This document shows positions 9,599 through 18,088 of a DNA stretch of 64,000 nt, piece by piece. Positions within the stretch are counted from its first letter, which is position 1, and each line of letters begins with the position of its first letter. A program made the translations under genes and the position numbers. The notes beneath the pieces are model-generated. The model was not told the origin of the DNA. It saw only the letters and a list, made by a program, of their open reading frames with translations, and searched no databases. The DNA is from Verrucomicrobiota bacterium (GTDB lineage Bacteria; Verrucomicrobiota; Verrucomicrobiia; Limisphaerales; SIBE01), in contig VHDE01000001.1 of NCBI GenBank assembly GCA_016871515.1, forward strand, positions 81,434 through 145,433, in the 5' to 3' direction.

Positions 9599-10423
9599 TC
9601 ACGTCGAAACGTGGCTCTGCTTTAAGCGCCACTTAGTCCGGGTATATGCAATGCGGAAGCCGTGGCGCTCGGCATTGCGTTGCGATGCGCTGCCGGGAAG
9701 CGCGCACATCATCGCGATGTCACAGCCGTGCTCGGCGGCATAACCCAAGCGTCGATTCAACAACGCGAGTTGGGCGCCCTGCTTGCGTTACTCAGGAATA
9801 GTGCAGGCGCCCGCTAAACTTAGCATGCCGGCTGCAATGGGCCGCCCCTCCAGTTCGGCGAGGAACGAGACACCACCCTTTCGATTTGTCCAGACCGGCG
9901 TCATATCTTGCAGGTAATCGATGTATTCGGGAAAATCGCTCCAGCCTTTGACGATTGTTTGCGAGAGAACGTCTCCTTCATCAGAGCCAACGGGCCGCAC
10001 CTGAATTTGCTCGTTCGACGGTTGGTGCTTTTCGATCAGGCTACGGATCGGCCGGTACATCACGCTGGTCAATTCGACTGGTTCATAACCACGCTCGTTC
10101 AACGAAGTTACCAGCGCTAAGCCAGCCAGCGGGCTGACCTCATGAAAAACGGGCGCCTGCCGATCTCTAAAGAAGCGTTCAATGCCGTCCAGAACCTCAG
10201 CCGTCGCCGGCTCGAACAATCCTAATCCAAACGTTTGCGTCACAGGTGAAGAGACGCCGTCGAACATAGCTTAAGCACCGGCCATTTCGATCCATGTCGA
10301 TCCGATCTTTGGAAACACTTTCGCTCTTGCCTCGACAAACCTCGCGCCTGCCTCGGCCTCAGCTCGTTCGAGGCGCCGTGACAATTCGACGTCGGAGAAA
10401 GGATAAGTTTCGACGCTGCTCAA
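9599..10423 (-). pseudogene. GNAT-family N-acetyltransferase interrupted by two in-frame TAA codons
   Basis: A single frame reads (TTG)SSVETYPFSDVELSRRLERAEAEAGARFVEAR..WIEMAGA-TAA(10271-10273)-AMFDGVSSPVTQTFGLG...LAGACTIPE-TAA(9788-9790)-RKQGAQLALLNRRLGYAAEHGCDIAMMCALPGSASQRNAERHGFRIAYTRTKW. An acetyl-CoA-site-like RKQGAQ motif is present. Confidence 0.8.
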
Positions 10424-10571
10424 GCCTTCAAGCTGCCATCCACGTATCGCCCTTGGTCTATCATGCCGAGAAAGGGAATGATTTTGTCAGAGCCGCACTT
10501 CGCGCATTTTAGATTCATAGTTTAGTCAATGCACAGTCGATCCGGCCGATTTACTCGAAGCAGAGATTCGT

Positions 10572-10646
10572 GATCTTGCTCTTGCCGGGTTCGATGGGGA
10601 GCAAGAGCAAGAGCAAGAGCAAGAGCATGATCAAGAGCAAGAATCC
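10572..10646. repeat. Hexanucleotide (GAGCAA)n element with an upstream inverted partner (copy 1)
   Basis: GATCTTGCTCTTGC (10572-10585), a 13-nt spacer, then seven GAGCAA-type units (five perfect) at 10599-10640. The flank CATGATCAAGAGCAAGAATC is shared with the locus at 56091-56111. Confidence 0.85.
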
Positions 10647-10726
10647 AACAAGGCGCCGATCCAATATGCCTGGGCCTTCTCCGACCAGGTGTTGGTGAGC
10701 AAGAACGGCAACTTTGCTGCATGTCG

Positions 10727-12166
10727 CTACGCCAACAATTTCTCGACAAGTTCGCCGTGCACATCGGTGAGCCGGAAATCACGGCCTTGAAAGCGATAGG
10801 TCAGCTTTGTGTGATCAAAGCCCAGCAAGTGGAGAATCGTGGCGTGCAAATCGTGAACGTGCACTTTGTCGCGCACGGCGTTGAACCCGAACTGATCCGT
10901 CTCGCCAAATGAAAGGCCGGATTTCACACCGCCACCAGCCAGCCACATTGTGAATGCATTCGGGTGGTGGTCGCGGCCATCATTGCCCCCTTGAACCATT
11001 GGTGTCCGCCCAAACTCACCGCCCCAAATTACGAGCGTGTCGTTCAGTAAGCCGCGCTGTTTTAGATCTTTAACCAGCGCCGCGCAGGCCTTGTCGGTAT
11101 CTTGGCAATTCTTCCGCAAGTCCTTAGTCAAATTGCCGTGTTGGTCCCAAGCTTCGTGGAACAGTTGCACGAAGCGCACGCCGCGTTCGACCAACCGCCG
11201 GGCCAAGAGGCAATTGTTGGCGAACGATGATTTGCCGGGCTCGGCGCCGTACATTTCGAGAGTGGCCTTCGATTCTTTCGAGATGTCCATCAGTTCCGGG
11301 GTGCTGGTCTGCATGCGATAGGCCATCTCAAAGGAATTGATACGTGTCGCAATCTCTGGGTCGCCCACGACATCGAGCCGTGTCGCGTTGAGACGCTTCA
11401 ACGTATTGAGCGAATCGCGCTGCATCTCGGCATCGACGCCTTTCGGATTGGAAAGGTAAAGAATGGGATCACCTTGGTTGCGGAACAACACTCCTTGATA
11501 AACGGATGGCAGGAATCCACAGCCCCAGTTCGACGCTCCGCCGCTAGTGCCTTTGCTGCCGGAACTGAAAACAACGTAAGCTGGCAAGTCTTGGGAGTCG
11601 CTCCCAAGGCCGTACGTAACCCACGCGCCCATGCTCGGACGGCCGAATTGGACCGATCCGGTGTTCATGAAGATTTGGCCGGGCGCATGGTTGAACGCAT
11701 CCGTGTGCATCGACTTCACAATGGCGATCTCGTCAACGACACTGGCCAAGTGCGGCAAGAGCTCGGACAACTCGGCGCCCGATCGGCCGTACTTGGCGAA
11801 CCTGAACTTCGGACCAAGCAGTTTCGAATTCGGATTGATGAACGCAGCCCGGTAACCCTTTAGAAGATCGCCTGGCGGCAGTTTCCCATTCCAGGCCGCG
11901 AGTTCGGGTTTGTAGTCGAATAGGTCAAGGTGGCTCGGCGCGCCCGCCATGAAGAGATAGATAACATTCTTAGCCTTCGGCGTGAAATGCGGCTGTTTGG
12001 GCGCCAGTGGATTGCTGAGACTGGGCCTGGCTGCCGCGCCGAAAAGCGTTTGATTCAGCAACGAACTCAGCGCAATGGCGCCGAGTCCGACACCGCATTC
12101 CTTGAAGAACCAGCGGCGGGTTATTTGCTTGCGGTACTCATTGAAGACATGACTCGAGATATTCAT
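10727..12166 (-). CDS. DUF1501 domain protein (sulfatase/alkaline-phosphatase-superfamily-like), Tat-type signal
   Basis: [19 protein letters not shown] signal; conserved [12 protein letters not shown] and [17 protein letters not shown] blocks. Confidence 0.9.
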   Translation of the reverse strand: MNISSHVFNEYRKQITRRWFFKECGVGLGAIALSSLLNQTLFGAAARPSLSNPLAPKQPHFTPKAKNVIYLFMAGAPSHLDLFDYKPELAAWNGKLPPGDLLKGYRAAFINPNSKLLGPKFRFAKYGRSGAELSELLPHLASVVDEIAIVKSMHTDAFNHAPGQIFMNTGSVQFGRPSMGAWVTYGLGSDSQDLPAYVVFSSGSKGTSGGASNWGCGFLPSVYQGVLFRNQGDPILYLSNPKGVDAEMQRDSLNTLKRLNATRLDVVGDPEIATRINSFEMAYRMQTSTPELMDISKESKATLEMYGAEPGKSSFANNCLLARRLVERGVRFVQLFHEAWDQHGNLTKDLRKNCQDTDKACAALVKDLKQRGLLNDTLVIWGGEFGRTPMVQGGNDGRDHHPNAFTMWLAGGGVKSGLSFGETDQFGFNAVRDKVHVHDLHATILHLLGFDHTKLTYRFQGRDFRLTDVHGELVEKLLA

Positions 12167-12229
12167 GGGGTAATTCCTCAGGCCGGTTGGTCAAAGTGGA
12201 CACCGTTTCGCCGAGCGTGATCATGGGTT

Positions 12230-12714
12230 GTAGCGCAGAGTTTCACTCTGCCGTATCGCAGACAATCAGCCGCTCTTCGGCGGCGGAAGAATGCAGTAGC
12301 TGACAGTTGCAGCGCCCCTCTCCCTAACCCTCTCCCCATCCGATGGGGCGAGGGAATCGAGCTTTTGCGGTGGGCGATGCCTGATGGACGAACGTGCCCA
12401 GCGCCCAGGTCTTTTCCCTCTCCCCATCCGATGGGGAGAGATTTCTCCGAAACAGGATTTCGCTCATTGCACCCATGAACCACTGCGTCGGTAGGGCGGC
12501 GTTGCCGCGCCGCCGCGATTGCTGTTCGCAGGCTGCGGAGCACCGCAGCCCTACCTTTAGGTTCATGGAGAGGGTTAGGGAGAGGGGCAACATTCACCTT
12601 GCCACTTGGAAGACTTTCAGTCTGCGGCGCTCCCGCAAGATCACAAACGTTGGAACGCCCGAACACGCTGCCGACTGCAAGTCGGCGATAGAGCAGAGTG
12701 AAACTCTGCGCTAC
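12230..12714. repeat. Composite 485-nt MITE/REP-like element filling the DUF1553-DUF1501 intergenic gap
   Basis: Outer inverted repeats GTAGCGCAGAGTTTCACTCTGC (12230-12251) and GCAGAGTGAAACTCTGCGCTAC (12693-12714). Inner arms CCCCTCTCCCTAACCCTCTCCCC / GGAGAGGGTTAGGGAGAGGGG. A nested ATGAACC...GGTTCAT element lies at 12441-12568. Confidence 0.9.
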
Positions 12715-12759
12715 GAATACTGCGGTTGCCTTAATGCTCACGGCCCAGTTCGGTTAAGT

Positions 12760-15700
12760 CTATTCCTTCGTAATCGCTTCGTCCAAGTTCAACAGCACGC
12801 GCGAGACAGCTGTATAAGCTGCGAGTTGCGTCGGGGTTGCGCCAGTTGGCAACTTGGCCGGCTTTTCGTTTTTGCCGGTGGCGAGTTCGAAGGCGTTCAC
12901 CCAGCCTTCGGCAATTCGGTCGCGCTGGCGCTCGAGCATCGCGATCAACGTTTTCGTTTCATCGGTCGTAGGAGGACGGCTGAGTGTCCGGCGAAATGCA
13001 TAGGTAATCCGCTCGGCATCGGACGTGCCGCCTTCTTGGATCGATCGCAGAGCCAACCCTTGAGCACATTCCATCGAGAGCGTCTCATTCAACGTCATGA
13101 GCGCTTGTAACGGAGTGTTAGAGCGCAAGCGGCGTACGCACGAAAAATCGCCGTTTGGCGCGTCGAAGGTCTGCAGCATCGGATAGGGCGTCGAGCGGCG
13201 GCGGAAGGTGTAAAGCGCCCGGCGGTAACGGTCGGAGCCGGTTTCTTCCTTATATGGGAACGGCGCGTAACTGGCCGGTGGTTGAAATAGAAACTCCGGC
13301 GCCGGCGCATAGATCGAAGGCCCGCCTAACTTCGCATTCAACAGGCCGCTGGCCGCGAGTGCAATGTCGCGCACAATTTCACCTTCGACGCGAAAACGCG
13401 GTCCGCGGGCGAGCAGGCGGTTGTATTGATCCTTCGCATAAAGTTCAGGCGTAACTTTCGACGATTGCCGGTAAGTGGCCGAAGTCGTGATCAGCCGATG
13501 GATGTGCTTCAAGCTCCAGCCGTGATCCATCAACTCGACCGCCAGCCAATCCAGCAACTCGGGATGCGACGGCGCTTCGCTTTGCAGTCCGAAATCCTCG
13601 GAAGTGCTGACCAAGCCGGCGCCGAAATAGGTTTGCCAAACACGATTGACGATGACCCGCGCGGTCGTGGGGGATCTTCGATCCACCAACCATCTTGCAA
13701 AGATGAGGCGCGGCGGTTCCTGACTTTCTTGCAACGAATGGAGAAAGGCTGGCACGCCTGCATTCACTGATGCGCCCGGCTTCAGCCAATCGCCACGCTT
13801 CAATAAGTGCGTTGGCCGCGCGTCTTCACGAGCCATTAAGGTCAGCGCAGTCGAGCCGTTGGGCCACGATTTCCAAAGCGCTTCAATTTTATCGTTCGTC
13901 TCCTTGAACTCAGGAACTGTGGTCCGCCAGTAACTGAAGACGGCGGCGATCTGAAAGGCCGACCGCTTGTCGCGTGGAATCGCCAGGATTTCGCGCACGC
14001 GCTTCGGCAATGGGTCAGCCACGGCGTTGGCTGCAGCACTTATAGAGAGGCGAAAGCGACCGATGTTGTTGTTTTGGTGATCGTCGCTGTTCCAGCCACC
14101 ATGATTGTTTTTGAGATGGAACGTCAGGATGGTTCCGTTTGGAAAGGCCACGTTTGTGCTTGCGACAAAAACAGCCTTTCGATCCTGGTTTCGCCGGCCG
14201 GGTCCTGCGTCGATTCCCCAAGCCGTGTCATCGTTGCCATCAATCGCGAAACTGACCGGCCCGGTCACGCGACGTTTGTCAGACTTGTCGTAAAAGTTTG
14301 GTTCTAGTTCGCGCTCTTCGTTGGCGAAATCCGCGGAGACTTCGACCAATCTCGCAGTCACTTTGTTGGTCGGGCTTTGCGCATCAGCCGCTTCCACTCG
14401 GAACTCCGTAAGCGCGCAGGCGCCCTTGAACGATCGGCCTGGTCCGTTGCAAGGCAAGTTTGGGTCTGTGAGCAATTCAAGCCGGAACGCCCGAATCACC
14501 GGGGCAGCGTTGGTGGCGGCAAATGAGAACGTAAACTTGGTTGGCGCGTAACCGAGGCCAAGCGAAGAACCATCCTTCTGCAAGAAGAAGCGCGTGTTCC
14601 CGTCACTAATCTGTTCGGTCGGCACGACGGTCCATTCTGGTTCATTGTCTTTGACCGAGGTTTCCCACTGAGCCATCCGTTCTGCCCAATCGGACTCGGT
14701 GTGTCGCAGACCCTCTTCCAGATCGCGAATCTGGCGCGTGATATCCGCGACGCGCCGTTGTTCCTCGGCTGTGTAAACGATCCGTTCGGCTTCGTGATCG
14801 CTATTAATGAAAGCGAAGAGTTTGTAATACTCCTCTTGAGTGATCGGATCGTACTTGTGGTTGTGGCATTGGGCACATTGGATGGTGAGTCCCAGGACGC
14901 TTTTGCCGATCGCATCCATGCGGTCGAACATCGCGTCCATCCGGAATTGTTCCGGGTCCACGCCGCCTTCCTCGTTGATCATCGAGTTTCGCAGAAAGCC
15001 GGTCGCGACGATTTGGTCCTGGCGGGCATTCGCCAGTAAATCGCCGGCGAGCTGTTCGATGATGAACTGGTCGTAGGGCAGGTCCCGGTTCAGCGCATTG
15101 ATGACCCAATCGCGATAAAACCAGACCGAACGCGACTTGTCCTTCTCGTAGCCATCCGAATCGGCATAACGCGCCGCATCCAGCCAATGCCGTCCCCAGC
15201 GCTCACCGTAATGCGGCGAGTTCAACAGGCGTCCGATCTGCTTTTCGTAGGCGTCTTTGCTGGTGTCCGCGAGAAACGCATCCACCTCCGCAATCGCGGG
15301 CGGCAGCCCAACTAGATCGAGACTCAAGCGACGAAGCAACGTGGTCTTGTCCGCCTCGGGCGACGGTTTGAGTTGTTCTTTCACCTTCTCTTTGCCCTTC
15401 TCCCGTTCCAACGTCTCCTTCTCCAATCGAGCGAGAATGAAATTATCGATCGGGTTGCGAATCCAATCCTTGCCTTGGACTGCGGGTGCGGGCGGTCGAA
15501 CCGGCGCTTTGAAAGCCCAGTGTTGTTTCGAATCTTTTTCCGCAACGGCAACGTCCGGCCAGTCAGCGCCCTGATCGATCCACGCGCGGATCAAGCCAAT
15601 CTCTTGCGCGTTGAGTGGTTCGCCTTTTTTCGGCATGCGTTTCAAATCATCTCGGGCGCCTGCCACCGCATGAACGAGCAAACTCTCCGCGCTCTTGCCC

Positions 15701-15975
15701 GGAACAATGGCCGGTCCCGAGTCGCCTCCTTTGAGGGTTGAAACCTTTTGGTCGAGCCGCAAGCCATGCTCCTGTTTCTGCGATCCGTGGCATTCGTAAC
15801 AATTCTGCGCCAACAACGGCTGAATATCCTTGGCAAAATCAATCTTGCGGCTGGCCACCGGCGGCAATTTCGCCAAGTCCACGGCGGCTGCGTGCGCCCT
15901 GAACGTGTCCAAGTGGAAGGTAACAGCAATCGAGACCAACAGACCGATGCCTGGAGCAGAAATGAAAGACTTCAT
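12760..15975 (-). CDS. PSCyt1 (planctomycete cytochrome c) - DUF1549 - DUF1553 multidomain secreted protein
   Basis: ATG at 15975 gives the signal peptide MKSFISAPGIGLLVSIAV. Motifs include CYECHG heme motif, WGRHWLDAARYADSDGYEKD (DUF1549), CAQCHNHKYDP, and a long DUF1553-type C-terminus. The track start at 15993 is a TTG. Confidence 0.9.
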   Translation of the reverse strand: MKSFISAPGIGLLVSIAVTFHLDTFRAHAAAVDLAKLPPVASRKIDFAKDIQPLLAQNCYECHGSQKQEHGLRLDQKVSTLKGGDSGPAIVPGKSAESLLVHAVAGARDDLKRMPKKGEPLNAQEIGLIRAWIDQGADWPDVAVAEKDSKQHWAFKAPVRPPAPAVQGKDWIRNPIDNFILARLEKETLEREKGKEKVKEQLKPSPEADKTTLLRRLSLDLVGLPPAIAEVDAFLADTSKDAYEKQIGRLLNSPHYGERWGRHWLDAARYADSDGYEKDKSRSVWFYRDWVINALNRDLPYDQFIIEQLAGDLLANARQDQIVATGFLRNSMINEEGGVDPEQFRMDAMFDRMDAIGKSVLGLTIQCAQCHNHKYDPITQEEYYKLFAFINSDHEAERIVYTAEEQRRVADITRQIRDLEEGLRHTESDWAERMAQWETSVKDNEPEWTVVPTEQISDGNTRFFLQKDGSSLGLGYAPTKFTFSFAATNAAPVIRAFRLELLTDPNLPCNGPGRSFKGACALTEFRVEAADAQSPTNKVTARLVEVSADFANEERELEPNFYDKSDKRRVTGPVSFAIDGNDDTAWGIDAGPGRRNQDRKAVFVASTNVAFPNGTILTFHLKNNHGGWNSDDHQNNNIGRFRLSISAAANAVADPLPKRVREILAIPRDKRSAFQIAAVFSYWRTTVPEFKETNDKIEALWKSWPNGSTALTLMAREDARPTHLLKRGDWLKPGASVNAGVPAFLHSLQESQEPPRLIFARWLVDRRSPTTARVIVNRVWQTYFGAGLVSTSEDFGLQSEAPSHPELLDWLAVELMDHGWSLKHIHRLITTSATYRQSSKVTPELYAKDQYNRLLARGPRFRVEGEIVRDIALAASGLLNAKLGGPSIYAPAPEFLFQPPASYAPFPYKEETGSDRYRRALYTFRRRSTPYPMLQTFDAPNGDFSCVRRLRSNTPLQALMTLNETLSMECAQGLALRSIQEGGTSDAERITYAFRRTLSRPPTTDETKTLIAMLERQRDRIAEGWVNAFELATGKNEKPAKLPTGATPTQLAAYTAVSRVLLNLDEAITKE

Positions 15976-16043
15976 AGTGACCGTGACTATCAACGGTAAT
16001 ACTTACGTTACCAATGATCGCACGTCATGCAGATTTGTTGTTG

Positions 16044-16270
16044 CCCCTCTCCCTAACCCTCTCCCCATCCGATGGGGAGAGGGAATCGAGCTTTGGCGGT
16101 GCTCGATGTCTGATGGACGAGCGTGTCCAGCGCCCAGGTCTTTTCCCTCGCCCCATCGGATGGGGAGAGGGTTAGGGAGAGGGGCGCTGCAACTGTCAGC
16201 TACTGCATTCTTCCGTCGCCGAAGAGCGGCTGACTGGCTGCGATACAGCAAAGTGAAACCCTGCGCTACG
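16044..16270. repeat. MITE/REP-like element with 30-bp terminal arms
   Basis: CCCCTCTCCCTAACCCTCTCCCCATCCGAT (16044-16073) pairs with ATCGGATGGGGAGAGGGTTAGGGAGAGGGG (16155-16184). It is followed by the CGCTGCAACTGTCAGC...GCGATACAGCAAAGTGAAACCCTGCGCTAC module. Confidence 0.9.
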
Positions 16271-16290
16271 ACCGGCGCGCGTTCTGACGG

Positions 16291-16926
16291 ATGGTGCTGG
16301 CAAGATGCGCCGCGCTTCTGCGAAGGCTGAGGCTTGTCAGTTCACTCACTTTCGACCAAGGTCAGGGTGTGCAAACGGCAACTCGAAGCGATCATGTGAC
16401 CGTCGAGGAATATCTGGCCGCGGAAGAGAGGAGTGACATTCGCCATGAATATCTGGGCGGCCTGGTCTATGCGATGGCAGGCGAGACGTGCGACCATAAC
16501 CAAATCGCGCAAAACCTCCTGCTGAATCTCAGCCCGCTTCTTAAAGGCAAGCCATGCAAGATTTACATCGGCGATATTCGACTGAACTTCGATTTGCGGA
16601 ACGACGAATGCTACTATTATCCAGACACCGTCGTTACTTGCGACAAACGGCACACGGACAAGCGCTTCGTCCGGTATCCCAAACTCATCATCGAGGTCCT
16701 TTCGCCCAACACCGAAGGGGTAGATAAGCGAGAAAAGTTTTTTGCTTACACCAGCGTCGCGTCGCTCGATGAATATGTGCTCGTCTCGCAGGCCGCAAAG
16801 GAAGTGACTGTTTTTCATCGCGCCACTGGCTGGAAGACGCAAAAAGTCTCCGGCGCCAAGGCGAAGCTCAAGTTGGAATCGATGGGCGTCACCTTGCTGC
16901 TTTCGGCCATCTGCGCCGGCGTTTGA
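16291..16926 (+). CDS. Uma2-family (DUF820) putative endonuclease
   Basis: VTVEEYLAAEERSDIRHEYLGG..AMAGE...H..I..NL...L......C.IY..D......YYPD..V.C......KLIIEVLSPNTEGVDKREKFFAY matches the Uma2 PD-(D/E)xK-like pattern. The first ~25 codons overlap the repeat, so the true start may be the GTG near 16368. Confidence 0.8.
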   Translation: MVLARCAALLRRLRLVSSLTFDQGQGVQTATRSDHVTVEEYLAAEERSDIRHEYLGGLVYAMAGETCDHNQIAQNLLLNLSPLLKGKPCKIYIGDIRLNFDLRNDECYYYPDTVVTCDKRHTDKRFVRYPKLIIEVLSPNTEGVDKREKFFAYTSVASLDEYVLVSQAAKEVTVFHRATGWKTQKVSGAKAKLKLESMGVTLLLSAICAGV

Positions 16927-17041
16927 ATAGCTCATGTGTGGCAATACGATCAGACTGTCGAAGCTCACGCCGCTTACTTGCCAACGGTGCGATAGAAGCG
17001 CTTGCCGCAGACTTCCATCACATTGGACCCAGAGAAGGAGC

Positions 17042-17551
17042 CTATGGCTCATTTTTGTCCCGATTTTCTGAGCCTTGCTGACGAAGCCACTCGCGATAGA
17101 TGGCGGGGGTGTCTGGCAGCAGCTCGAAAAACGACTCCGCCCGCTCAAGCTTGCGTTTGACGTTGTCCACGGCCAGTCCCAGCCCGTTGTTCGCTATGGG
17201 ACGAGTCGCCGCCACTCAAAATTCATGGGCAACCTGTGGAACGATCTGAATATCGTCTTTCCGACGCAGCAGCGTGCGGACACACTCGCGCGCCTCGCGG
17301 TGCATGGGATGATTGCGCTTTGCCATGCGCAGGAGGATATTCGTGTCGAGAACGTAGCGCACCAGCCATCTGCTCAGCCCGGTGCGCTTTCGGCTTTGCG
17401 GATATAACGCGATCCCTCTTTGGAGTTCGCCAACCGTGACTGCGGACAGGTAGAGTTCGGTTTCATGTGCTTCGAGCCAGCCCAATACTCTCGGATTTGG
17501 CGAAAGGCGGGTGGCTTCCCACAAAACGTTCGCATCCGTCAGGAAGTTCAT
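17042..17551 (-). pseudogene. Two collapsed PIN-domain (VapC) toxin genes
   Basis: The N-terminal half of a FitB-like VapC (MNFLTDANVLWEATR..VLGWL...LSAVTVGELQRGI) joins directly to the start of a second PIN gene (RYVLDTNILLR...IVPQVAHEF). An in-frame TGA at 17216-17218 lies where such PINs have EFW-vaTRP, followed by VAATRPIANNGLGL. The C-terminal ~50 aa are missing. Confidence 0.7.
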
Positions 17552-17721
17552 AACAGCGCCTCACCGGGAACATCTCGGAACTTTTCCACCGCCAGATCCT
17601 TGACCGGACATGACTGAAGCACATGAACGATTTTCTTCCTGGCCGGCTTGAGTTTCTTGTATTCAGCGACGGAGATATTCCTGTTCAAATCTTTGAGTCT
17701 TCGCGTCCTTGCGGCTTTGCG
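17548..17721 (-). pseudogene. C-terminal remnant of the cognate Phd/YefM-type antitoxin
   Basis: The open frame ...NISVAEYKKLKPARKKIVHVLQSCPVKDLAVEKFRDVPGEALL ends in TGA overlapping the vapC ATG (ATGA). There is no start codon, and the frame is bounded upstream by TAA. Confidence 0.5.
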
Positions 17722-17880
17722 TTAAGTCTAAATGCCTAATTAGGTCCAAACGCTGGTCTCTGGATGACTAATCTGGTTAATACTAAGCGGAACGGACGTA
17801 GTGCTGAACGGTGGACCGCTCGCGTTTTGGACGCAAGCCATTCTCTTGCATGCATATAAGCGATCGAAAAAGCGTCCAAG

Positions 17881-17908
17881 CCACTTTTGTCCGCGCGGAC
17901 AAAAGTGG
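17881..17908. repeat. Perfect 28-bp palindrome CCACTTTTGTCCGC|GCGGACAAAAGTGG
   Basis: The two 14-nt halves are exact reverse complements. It lies in an ORF-poor ~370-nt region (17722-18088). Confidence 0.9.
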
Positions 17909-18088
17909 GTGTAAAGCCCCAGGCGAGTCGCCGCAAGTTGTTACCACGAAGGACACGAAAGATACGAAACACGTATCAATTCTCAACACCAAGGAACTCG
18001 CCGACCAAGTGAAATCAGCCGCTTACTGAAGCCCTTTCCTTTCGTGTATTTCGTCTCTTTGGTGGTTTGAACTGCTTTCAAGTTCACC

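Noticed and set aside
10421-10518. A 32-codon mini-ORF, MNLKCAKCGSDKIIPFLGMIDQGRYVDGSLKA, with a CxxC, upstream of and out of frame with the GNAT pseudogene.
   Set aside because: It is too short, has only one CxxC pair and has no partner motif. It could be a remnant or a chance ORF and cannot be supported from sequence alone.
10572-10646. A CRISPR array as an interpretation of the hexamer runs and of the regularly recurring hairpin modules.
   Set aside because: No repeat-spacer periodicity was found. The hexamers are contiguous microsatellites, and the hairpin modules are dispersed over 58 kb with variable content. No cas genes are present.
12178-12741. ORFs that translate the repeat elements: 12178-12741, 12394-13110, 15830-16330, 16003-16251, 35524-36171, 38966-39312, 21402-21641, 49747-50196 (upstream part) and 55835-56068 (poly-EQ).
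   Set aside because: The same peptide strings (PSPHRMGRG, QSFTLLYR, MNLKAGRR, GRAALLRRP) recur because the DNA repeats recur, in both orientations and in all frames. The selection evident in the sequence is for hairpin pairing, not coding.
17943-18066. Inverted repeat formed by ACCACGAAGGACACGAAAGATACGAAACACG and CGTGTATTTCGTCTCTTTGGTGGT downstream of the 18089 gene.
   Set aside because: Only about 14 of 18 positions pair. Both sides are just short ACGAAA-type repeats. The evidence is too weak to call a terminator or element, so it is mentioned only in the context of the ORF-poor tract.
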